A DNA stretch of 64,000 nt from Azolla caroliniana (lineage: Eukaryota > Plantae > Polypodiophyta). Made by a program: the position numbers and the translations under genes. Within the stretch, counting starts at the first letter, position 1; every line of letters starts with the position of its first letter. Below, in pieces: positions 26,341 to 37,242 of this stretch. The notes beneath the pieces are model-generated. The model saw only the letters and a list, made by a program, of their open reading frames with translations, searched no databases and was not told the DNA's origin. Location of the stretch: assembly GCA_043228905.1 (NCBI GenBank), contig JBHGNT010000015.1:12276001-12340000 (forward strand). The letters are read 5' to 3'.

Positions 26341-26610
26341 CGGCGTAGGAGGGACTCACCTGTCAAGATTTGAACTCTTGACACGACCATGTTATAATCT
26401 AGTATTATGAGTTAACCAAGATATCTAGTACATAGTTATGTATGTAATTGATCCTTATTATTTTGCTAGCATCATGTGCATAGTTGCTCCCTTGTAGTAT
26501 TTACACTTGGAACATGCATGCATACCTACATGCTCTATTGTAGATTCACATGCGTGCAACAAGTATGCATGCCATGTAGTATAAATAGAGGAGTTCACCT
26601 TGAAGGAATT

Positions 26611-27219
26611 TGTTGGGAATCGAAGCTTCGATTCACCTTCTTCACCCGGCCACAACCGAGTAATCGCGGATCAATGCAGCAGAAAATGGAAACCAAAAGA
26701 GAGAAACACACGAGTACACAGGGATTAACGTGGAAAACCCTAGATGGGAAAAACCACGGGAGTACAAGACTCCAAACAACACTATACAAGAGAAGTATAC
26801 AATGACGAGCTCCAAGGCGACGACCTTGAGCTCGCTGTCCTCGCCACAGGCGGCGGAAATACACAGAGGCGTCGTCCTCTTCCTCTCTCGCGCTCTATCT
26901 CTCACTCTGTCTCACGGCTGCTCCCTCTTCACTCCTCTTGAGTGGAAAAACAGAAAAATGATAAGCAACAACAAAACAGATTGCCCTAAGTCATATTTAT
27001 ACATATATGACTTTGGGGCTATTTACAACTATAGCCTCAGGGGCCCATAGCAGACATATTCACGGATATGTCCCTGCATCCGGATCGCTCTCCGGGTACA
27101 TTCGTCATCCGGCACCGAAGCCGGGGTCTTCGTCATCCGGATCCGAAACCGGAACCGGGCTTGTCGGCATTCATCTCCGACATCCGACCATCCCATCCGA
27201 AGGGACCGTAATCCCAACA
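26611..27219 (-). mobile_element. Solo LTR L (J/K copia group) inside the 3' LTR of D
   Basis: TGTTGGGA..TCCCAACA; perfect TSD GAATT; strong similarity to the K LTR. Confidence 0.95.
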
Positions 27220-28621
27220 GAATTCAAGGTGAACAACACCAGTTATGGAGTCTTTCCTTTAATACTATCTTCTTTCTTGTCCATTTGGTTATCTTCTTGC
27301 TTGTCTCTTGAGCTTATGATCCGTGACATCACCTTCTTCTCGAATTAGTATAGAGCGAAAAACGGAGGGAATGACAGAGCTGCTGATCACAAACCAACAA
27401 CACTCTGTTCTCCAAAATGATGGATCCCCTCCTTTAGTCGTCTCTCCCTTCTTTTATAGTTCAAGGAGAGAGAGACCGTTACATCAGGTTGTTAAGACAA
27501 CTACTTTTTGTCTTGATTCTCTCCTTGATTTCCTCCCATCAATCCCTATTGTTCCTCCCTATTTGTGTGGGACATAAAGTACCTATTAACTAATGTACCT
27601 AGTACTTTAAATACTCTACTCATATTTACATTTCTTCGTACATCAATTTTTGTTTATGTGCATACTTGCACATCCTCGTTCACGCGCATTCGGCGAGGTT
27701 TCACCTTGTGACTAGAATTCCCCACAACATCCACCCCTGACAAACCGCACATCCTCCGAGATGTGCCAAGTAGTGAAGCGGCGAGGATTCCGGATCATCC
27801 TTTACTCGTCCTCCGTCGCCGATCTGATCCTCATACGACTCCTCGTCCTTGTCGGCGCTTTTGACCTCTACCTCCGGATCTTGATCCGGTTCTGCGTCGT
27901 GTCGTTTCTTGAAGGCCTTGATTTGCTTCCCCGCTACTGGCACTGCTAGCCTCGTCCCATCGAGCTCGGCCAGATGGTATGTTGCGTCATCATTGGCACT
28001 CATCACCATGTAAGGCCCGAACCACTGCCTCACGAACTTCTTGGTTGACCGGTGTTGATTTTCAATGTTGTTGTAGACCAGCACCCAGTCACCTTCCTCG
28101 ATCTTCTTCAGCCGGAGTCGGTGTGTCCAGTCGAATTGCTCTTTGCTCCTTAATCGCACCACTTGTAGCTTTGTCGTAGCTCGTTCTACGTCCTCTGGTC
28201 ACCTCTTGAGTTGCCAAATCCACGCAACCAATAGCTCCTCCTGACTCATCTCGTCTGACCAGTCAACCGACATCCATGAGGCTATCATCCGCTCCAATGA
28301 CATTATCGGCTTCTATCCGAACATGAGTTCGGCTAGCATGTATCTGGTCACCCAACTGTGCATAGTTTGGTCGGCCCATATCGCACAGGGCAGGAGTCTC
28401 AACCAATTTCCGACCTGTCTATCGCATGCTCTCACTATTACCTTGACGATCGGCCCGTGTCCTCTTTCGACCTTCCCATTCGACTTCGGATTGTATGTCG
28501 TCGTGAGGGAAAGCTTGACCCCTAGTCAGTTGAATAGCTCCTCGACTTCTTGTGCATATAGCTCCCCTCAATCAACCTCTATCTTCTTGACACACAAGTA
28601 CTAGCAAATTACGTCCTCAAA

Positions 28622-28949
28622 GCTTGTACTATTTAAACCCCACCCATGGGGCATGAAAAGAAGGAGAAATATAGTGCAATTACCCTCAACTTGTGTCTGT
28701 CTCGTCTCTCATTCTCTCTCTGTGTCTCTCTCCCTCTCCCCTCACATTCGAACCCCCCTAGGATCTTGGCTCCACCTCCCACCCATCAACAATATAGTGG
28801 AATATCTGTTCCCGTGGTTTTTCTCTTGTTTTAGGGTTTCCACGTAAAAAGGTGTGTACTATGTATTCACTATTTTCTTGTTTCCGCGCGCATTTTAGCA
28901 TATTTTTCACATATCTACGGTCGCATTTGTCACAAACTGGTATCAGAGA
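28622..28949 (+). mobile_element. Copia 5' LTR fragment plus iMet PBS
   Basis: Contains CCGTGGTTTTTC...AGGGTTTCCACGTAAA and ends ...GTCACA aac TGGTATCAGAG; left boundary uncertain. Confidence 0.7.
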
Positions 28950-29377
28950 ACCTTGATAATGCCTTTGACCTAATCGCTGAATTTCATCACCGATAAGCTG
29001 AATCCCAATTCATGCATAATGACTTGTGGAACCTTCCATTAAAAGACGGGGATGGTGTCATAAGTAGATAAAATCTCAGGAGCTTTAGGGTGACTTGAAC
29101 CCATAACCTATTAAGAGAGAGGAATTAACTTTAGCCATTAGACCCTACAACCTCCCAAAGGGTACCATGACCCTACAAACATCCAAAGAGCACATACAAC
29201 TAGTATATAAATAGAACATATTGTATTGTTAGAACCATTCCGGTTCAACGCTAGTCTTCGGCAAATACTATAGTTCTCGCTCTTCTATATTTTCATCTTA
29301 TAATAAAATATATCCATTTTTCTCTCGTTCTTTTCCGCTCTTGTTCAATTCTCTTTTGTGAAGCTAGGGCCCCAACA
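28950..29377 (+). mobile_element. Chromovirus 3' remnant (chromodomain tail, PPT, 3' LTR 29056-29377)
   Basis: NLDNAFDLIAEFHHR-like tail; PPT AAAAGACGGGGATGG; then TGTCAT...CCAACA containing a TATAAATA. Confidence 0.65.
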
Positions 29378-29881
29378 CCCTCCTGATGGAGCTAATTTTT
29401 TATTATAATAAATGTATATTGGGTGGCCCAATATAACATGATGTATTTTAGAGAAATACAATTTTCTTTATGTCTATGTTTTTTAGTTCAAACCAATGGC
29501 CCTCAACTACATATTGTACCAATGTCCATTGAGGTTGGGTGATGTTGGAAACGAGGTCATCAGTGAGAGAGACAAAAGCACAGTTCACTATATGCTATAG
29601 ACAACAAGTAGATAGACATGGAACAAAGTGAACAGAGAGATCAAGGAAAAACTACAAGAAAATAGCAACAATGGAGGGAGAGAGATACACACAATAATAC
29701 GCTATATTATTCAAAAATGAGTTACAAGAAGAATGGTAGTATCAATGTCATCTTTTTACAAGGTTGGTTATATACTAACCAAACTAGGGCAATTGCCCTT
29801 TATGCTATTTACAAGAATAACCTAACCTAGTTTGTCCAATAGGTTAGTGTGAATACATCTATTATATTTCCGTATTCGACA

Positions 29882-30060
29882 GGTGGCCCCATGACGACTG
29901 TATCAGGTGTTTTGGTGTGGCTTGGAGGTGGGATTGCTACGACAAATGCATAAGTCAATTCTGTGAGTTATTTAAGATCGTCATGGATCGAGAGAAGTAA
30001 ATCTTTCACATAATTGTGTAGAGCATAACAAAATTGATCCATTAATGCTTCTTCGTCACA
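29882..30060 (-). pseudogene. Chromovirus gag remnant
   Basis: CDEEALMDQFCYALHNYVKDLLL resembles the D gag WDDQALADHFRRGLRSNVKNLLL. Confidence 0.6.
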
Positions 30061-30076
30061 AAGAATGTCAAATGCA

Positions 30077-30119
30077 TTATCACTAATGGAAGGAGTTTTT
30101 TTGGGAAAAAAAGAAAAAG
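30077..30119 (+). mobile_element. Extremely 5'-truncated copy of the LINE family (3' end plus A-tail)
   Basis: ACTAATGGAAGGAGT...TTTTTGG + A-rich tail matches 44263-44290; 17-bp TSD AAAGAATGTCAAATGCA at 30060-30076 and 30120-30136. Confidence 0.88.
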
Positions 30120-32389
30120 AAAGAATGTCAAATGCAAGGAAGGCCAAAATACATTCCACATTCTATCCTATTTCCCTCATTCTTTTTTTATATTCTCTTC
30201 TTTGATTTGATCTTGTTCTTTCTGACAACCTTGATGGTTTCAACCAAAATAGTCAATAGAACTACTCACTTGTTCCTTACTCATAATATAAATCTACTTG
30301 TTTGTGGAGTTTGGAGCAATAATGTTACTAAGACCTAGCTATGCTTTTGTAAACACAACATCTATATCTTCTTCTAGAATGTGGTGGTCATGGCCAAGGG
30401 GGATGATATCTCTTACAACATTATACACATATGTGCAAAGTGGGGAACGCCTTGACAATAAATTTGACAGGTCATTCTAATAAGGTATTATTGGGTTCAT
30501 CTCGTAGTGTGGTTAAGGGGGGAGGGGGGCGGGGGGCGGGGGGGATACTATAATACATGATGAGGTGCATGCCTCAATAGTTGACATCATGATATGATAT
30601 CTCTGTTCAAATTGAGGCCATTCCTCTCCAATAATTGACAAGCACGGTCAGAGTCGATGGTGGTAGAAGAAGGCTTGGCTGTTTGGTGTATTAAAAGAAG
30701 AATTAAGAGAAATTTGATGTAATTATTGGCATGAAATGATAATGGACTTCTAAGAGAGCCAAAGATTAAATATGACACGACATAATCCTTGTGAAACTTG
30801 TGCTTTACTACTTCCTTCTATGATATTGTATTCCTTGTATAATGTGCATCCGTGTTCACATTGGTATCTACTTTGCATACTTTATTTCATATGTGCTTGT
30901 TCATATAAGGTATGCAATCAAAGATGAGGGAGCTTCATTCCATTAATGAGCTTGACACCCCCCAGTAACTATTGTTGAATAGGGTATATGTATGAGCCAA
31001 CATGCTAATTTTCCTTGCCTGAAACGAAGAAGTCTAATATTTGTAAAAGATCATGATGATAACAAGACTCCAACATTTGTAAAACATTGTATTGATCACT
31101 CAAAAAAGCCCATAATGTTTGTAAAAGATTGTGATGATCTTTTGACAAGAAATGATAATGTTTGTAACATATTGTGATGGTCTTTCGACAAGAAATGTTA
31201 TTGTTTGTAAAAAATTGTGATGATATCCTGAGAAGTTTGTATTGTTATGCATACGTGCTCCAATGGAATCAGTTTTGTTGACTATTATTTGTAGCATTAA
31301 TATACTTATTATTGATATTCCAAGTCTTATAATGTTAAAATCATCACAACTCATCTATTTAATGTATTTATCTTATCAAGGTGTCTCATCATCGGAATGA
31401 GAATATTTGAGTTTCTCAATGACAAGTGAATTATGAGCTTGTAATGCTGCTACATAGAAAATCTTTTCAGCAAGACACATAAAAAATATCTATGAAAAGA
31501 AATCAATACGACGATATGAATGCCTAATAATAGAAATAAACACGAATTACTCATATTCAACATACATAGATGCTTTCATCTATACAATCGTCAATTCAAT
31601 GAATCATCTAGAAGAAACTATTGATGTAATGTAAATTCAATTTTTAATATTGCATTTAAGTAACTGTTCAACAAGGATTTAAAATCTTTTTGCTTCTCTC
31701 TTTGATATAGGGATCTTTATATTCCTAAGGAAGTGCAAGAAGTCATGGATTAGGTATTGCAATGGGTGGGTGTCTACTTTTGATTTTATCCTTTGAAGAA
31801 AAAGATATAAAAAAGAGTGACATTGATATTTCATTAGGATAGACATAGAAATAATCAAAATTTAAAATGCATGTATTATTGTTGAAAATTTATTCATTCT
31901 ATTGTAGTGCATAAAATTATCACTATATAGTGGATGCATGTGTTAATATGACAAGTCTAGAAGGTGTAAAATCTACACAGCTTGACAAGGAGGAGGAAGA
32001 GTTCAGGAGGAAGGAGAGCGGCGTGCCAACCCCCGGCGGAGGTCTACGGTGTGGGCGTCTCACCAGGAGACCCGCCCGGCACAGCAGAGCAGCGGCGCAG
32101 GAGGGCTGACTCACGCCGGTAGGCAGCGGAGCAGGAGTAGGAATCGGAGCAGGCGCAGGAGCCAGAGCCAGAGCAGGGGGCCGAGAGACGCCTCTTTGGG
32201 ACACAAAAGGCTCACAAACACAGGAGCAAGAGCAAGAGCTGGAGCCGGAGCGCCTCTCCTCCCCGCCGCTGCTGCATCACCCTCCTCCGTTTCGTGAGGA
32301 GGCCATCCTTTAGGGTTTCCTCTCACACCTCCTTCACTGTTCGATGAGGAGCAGGTTTTGAGGAGTAAACCCCCCTCCCCCACCCCCCA

Positions 32390-32692
32390 CACACGCACTG
32401 TTCGAGGAGTGTAGTTAGAGGCCCCCCCACACACACTGTTCGAGGAGTGTAGTTAGAGCCCCCCCACACACACACTGTTCGAGGAATGAACCCAACCTTC
32501 GAGGAGTGTAGTTAGAGGCCCTCCCACACACACACTGTTTGAGGAGTGAACCCAACCTTCGAGGAGTGTGGTTAGAGGCCCCCCCCACACACACTGTTTG
32601 AGGAATGAACCCAACCTTCGAGGAGTGTAGTTAGAGGTCCCCCTCACACACACTGTTCGAGGAGTGAACCCAACCTTCGAGGAGTGAACCCC
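32390..32692. repeat. Tandem array in the LINE 5' UTR
   Basis: Units of ~38 bp then ~60 bp built from CACACTGTTCGAGGAGTG / AACCCAACCTTCGAGGAGTGTAGTTAGAGGCCCC. Confidence 0.9.
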
Positions 32693-32727
32693 CCCCTCCC
32701 CGCAAAAAAAGAAAAAAGAAAAAAAAG

Positions 32728-34460
32728 ATGGCACCTTCAAACATCTCCACTGTCGAACACATGGCACCAACAGGCCCCTCGATCGATAACGGACAAAACA
32801 TCTCTGATAACGGGGGTCCTGTTGAGATTATTTTCAACAACGAAGAGATGCTTCTACTTGAGAAAGAGATAGAGCGCCTTGAGCGAATAGCGGTCATATG
32901 CCGAGTGATGGGATCACGACCAAACAGAGGGTTGTTGCGAGATATGTTGCAAGCTCAATTTCATTCACAACTCCGTGGTATAAAAGAAGTCCAACCGCTT
33001 GGTAAAGGCTTCTATCAAATCATACTAGAAGACACAGAGTCTGCAACTAACCTCATAGCACTTTCCCCGTGCCAGGTCCGTAATACATGGTTGTTCATGC
33101 GTAAATGGACACATGGTTTTAACCCAGAGAAAGCCGCACAACAGGATGACTCCATGAAAAAGGTAACAATGTTGTTTCCTGGACTATCCCTAGAATACAA
33201 CATGCTATTTCTTACTATTGGCAACTCCTTTGGGATGATCTTGGATGAGGAACTAACGCTAGCAAACAGACTAAAGAAGCACCTAGGCCCTCCCTCTATC
33301 CGCCTATTGGTGCAGGACATCAATAAACTTCCCTCCAAGATCCTCATTCCCGAGAAAAACGGAATGCGAATTGAACAACGCATAGAAGTGATTGGCGCAC
33401 CAGGGCAATGTTTTGCATGCAAAAAACTTGGTCATTTAAAAAAGAATTGCCCCACAAGACGTATTAAAGATCCTACAAAGGAGACCTTGGAAGGTCAGGA
33501 TACCATAAGACATCAAAAGCCTCCCCCACCACGACCCGACAAGGCTGTGATGGAATGACGAGTGGTGGAAAAAACCCATGTCCTTCGGAAAACATCACCG
33601 GCACAAAATACTCCATTGCCTATGAGCCCCAATCGCTTTGATCTACTACAAGAGCTCCCCCCCACAGATGAGCATTCCCCTAGTTCTTTCGTAAGCCCCA
33701 AGGAACGACCTAAGGTGACACCAAGCACCCAAGAGAAAGTTCTCGTTAAAGCTTACAAAACAGGGAAACGCAGGCGAATAAGTCATGTAAAGACCCTAAT
33801 AAGGAGCTTGAGTGGAACGACACCCAATGCAAAAGAAGCAACCCAGGGTAGAAGTGTGAATGTCAGCCTCAAATCATAGTCGTTCCGGACACAAATGAGT
33901 GTGCTTCCTCTAGCCAAGACCTTGAACCACACCCACAAAACGCCTTGAAATGGCTAGGTATAGGGCTCAAGGCAGTGAAAAAAATAAGGGTACATGTATC
34001 AGCGGTGCACAATAACGGAGTTCCGATGACCTCAATCACCTTTCCACTCTTGCTTTCGACTCAGGAAGATTGGTTGAAATCCAAGATTAAAGATATGTTA
34101 TGTAACCAAGCAGCATGCTTTGTAGCACAAATAAGAGATGAAGAGCTCATGAATGAACTAAAGCAACATTGGCATAACACTGAATTCTGGTGCAACATGG
34201 ATGAAGAGGACCCCCATCTTTGCCACATCCACCTGCGGACTATCATAAACATCCAACTAACTCCAAGCTTTGTCTATTTCTATGAGAAGCAAGAAGGGGC
34301 GATTGAAGCCCACAAGAGAGCCCACAAACTCCACTCATGGATGTGGACCACTATTCCAGCCCTGGAAATGTCTGGATGTCTAAATGGTGAGTGCTCCCCA
34401 CTCACGACCTATTGTACAAAGCACCAGGCACAACTGGCACCCTCCCACCCCACTCCATGA
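32728..34460 (+). pseudogene. LINE ORF1 (DUF4283-like region, CCHC knuckle, C-terminal extension)
   Basis: VQPLGKGFYQI...RKWTHGFNP; CFACKKLGHLKKNC; in-frame TGA at 33556, later frameshift to 33945-34460. Confidence 0.8.
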
Positions 34461-37242
34461 GTATGAAGATTGTAACATGGAACGTGCAAGGACTCAGAAG
34501 TAGACTAGACCAACAAAATAGATGGAAACTGAGAAGGGATCTTGAAGAGCATTTACTAGGGAGTGGTGCTGACATCATCATGTTGCAGGAACACCACCTC
34601 GATAGCACACAGTTACAAGAAGTCAGAGACCTTCTACCAGGATCATGGCGAACGATTTGGGAGCCAGCAATTGGGGAGAATGGAAATCATGGTGGTATTT
34701 TCACTTTGATTCGGGAACATCTAGCCCAAGGATTAATACACCAAGAATCACTTATACTTGGTAGGGCACATTTTTGCACGCCGACCATCCAAGGGCAACG
34801 ATGGAACTTCATGAATGTTTATGCTCCAAACAACAGAACAGAAAGAGCAACATTTTGGGACCGCATCCGCCTACAAGTAGTGGGTGCGGAAGAGTGGTGC
34901 ATTGGAGGGGATTTTAATATGATCGAATCCATTCATGATAGCTCCAACAACAACCCCATAGTCCTACAAGGAAGGGAACGCAAACAATGGGAGAAGCTAT
35001 GTGTCCACATTAACCTGCGAGACATCTGGCATTCTGCCAACTTCCAACGAAAAAGGGACTCTCTCCTATTCTCCCGATCAGACGGGTGGAATAGTGGACC
35101 CACCCTATCTCGCATTGACCGCATTTATGTGGGGGAGGCTTTAGAAGCGAAGGGAGGGTGGTGTCACATAACTCCAGGCACGACTTTCTCTGACCATTAC
35201 CCGGTAGCTGGTCATTTTCAATTGCACCGAAAATGGGGCCCATTCCAGACTCGCATCCCACACACTATTTACACACTTATAGATGTGAAGGACCAACTAT
35301 CCAACCAATGGTCATTACCCGTCAATGGCTCATCAGCATCGGACAAACTTTTAGCTAAATTAACAAGAGCCTCTACTCTCCTACATGAGATTGTCAAGAC
35401 CAGACGCAAGGATGCTCAGGAGAAGCGACAGAGGACAAAACGGGGACTAATAGCCTTACAACGCCTCCAACAGAGATACCCATCCTGTAGTTGGATCGCA
35501 GGACAAGTCGCCACGGCCAAACAGGAACTTAGCATGGCAGAAAATGCAATATATGACATGGAGTTTCATGGCAGCATGGCGCGATGGATTCGAGTAGGGG
35601 ACAAAACCACAAATGAATTCTTCCGCTCCAAAGGCCCGAGGCACGCAAGAACTGTGATGCGCAGCCTCAACCGGGAGGATGGAACAACCATTGAGGATGG
35701 CGACGAAATGAGGAATATTGCCACAAGGTATTATAGCCGCCTACTTACCGAAGACATGATAGCTACAGAGGAAGACAGAAGCGATGATATTATCCTCCAA
35801 AGCATACCCGGGAATGTCACATCGGAAATGAATACCTGGCTTGTGCGTCCTCTATCAATCATTGAGATATGGGAGGCCCTCACTGATTTAGATGCTGAGA
35901 GTTGCCCCGGAATTGACGGTCTCACCCTGCACTTTTTCACATTCCTCTGGGGCACTATTAAAGAAGACCTCCTCTAGGCATATGAGGAGATCATCACCTC
36001 TGGAAGCATGCCGGAGGAATTTGGATAGGGGATGATACATCTCATTCCTAAAAGTGGTGGGAATGCCAACGACATTCACAAGGGGCGGCCCATTACTCTT
36101 CTCAATACTGTCTATAAGTTGCTCGCAAAAATCGTGGCACGCCGTTTAACTCCACTTCTTCCTCAACTCATTCATCCGTCACAGACAGGTTTTGTTAGAA
36201 ATCGGAGCATCCTAGACAACCTCTTCTCATTTTGGTAAGCAATAGCCCTTGCCAAGCAGACCAACAAGAAGGTAGCGGTGGTGCTACTAGATTTTGAGAA
36301 AGCCTATGATAGGGTATGCTGGAACTTTCTAGAAAGTGTGATGAGGAAACTCGGCTTTCAAGAGACATGGATCAAAGGCATTGCAGGATTTTATAGGAAT
36401 GGCAGTAGTTGTGTTTCGCTGGCAGGTGAAAGGGGCCCCTTTTTCCGAATATCCCGCTCTGTATGACAGGGATGTCCACTAGCTCCATCCTTATTTCTAT
36501 TATACGCCGAAGCACTCTCTTGCTTTCTCAACTCGCGGCATCTCAACCTACGTGGTCTTCCCATACCTCATTCTTACCAAAGCATCCTGGATATAGAATT
36601 TGCAGATGACACAACAGTCTACCTGGAAAACCTCCAAAAGCTAGAAAGTGGGCTAGTTTTATTTTGCAAGTGATCCAACGCCATGATCAATTGGCACAAA
36701 TCCTGTGCAATATGGCTTTCTCAGGAAACACATCCGGCGTGGCACCCTCACCCCGCTTTCAAGTGGATCAATCAAGGGGCGAGCACCAAATATTTGGGCT
36801 TTCAAATTGGCTTCAACATACCGCCGGAGACTATGATTGCACCCGTTATCCTCTCCATTCGACAAAAGTTGATACATTGGAGCTCAAAAAAATTGTCGCT
36901 AGCAGGTTGCATCATAGTGGCAAATCAGGTACTCCTCGCAACAACATGGTACAGTCTATCATGCTGGACAATTTCCAAGGACAGTATACATCAAATTCAA
37001 CAACTGGTCCGCAACTACATTTGGTCTGGTAAGGAAGACCATGTAGCTCGCGCCAAGGTGGCGTGGCCTATTCTCACAACGCCTAAGTCGAGAGGGGGAT
37101 TGGGTCTTATTGATCCCCTTTCACAATCAAAAGCCTTACTTGCCAAATTTGTGGTGCGAGGACTCCAACCAAGAAATGATTGTTGGAAAATGCTACTGAG
37201 ATTACGTTTCGCTTACTTTAAGCCACGAAAAGGGGTCAATTG

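Larger units (their letters stand above)
21490..27328 (+). mobile_element. Element D: Ty3/gypsy chromovirus (Tcn1/Tf1-like), full length, coding region decayed
   Basis: LTRs 21490-21843 and 26361-27328 (TGTCA..TGACA); TSD TCACC; domain order gag, PR, RT, RH, INT, chromodomain. Confidence 0.95.
21193..28620 (-). mobile_element. Element G: non-chromovirus Ty3/gypsy fragment (integrase C-terminus, PPT, LTR interrupted by D)
   Basis: Integrase remnants at 27701-28620 (TYNPKSNGKVER, GDWVLVYN, RQWFGPY); PPT at 27730-27740; LTR about 21251-27729 split at TSD TCACC; PBS-like TGGTATCTAGC at 21238-21248. Confidence 0.8.

Noticed and set aside
29560-29881. Possible additional solo LTR
   Set aside because: LTR-like composition, but the left terminus and TSD could not be established.
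30517-30544. G-run with G-quadruplex potential
   Set aside because: Isolated low-complexity tract with no supporting context.
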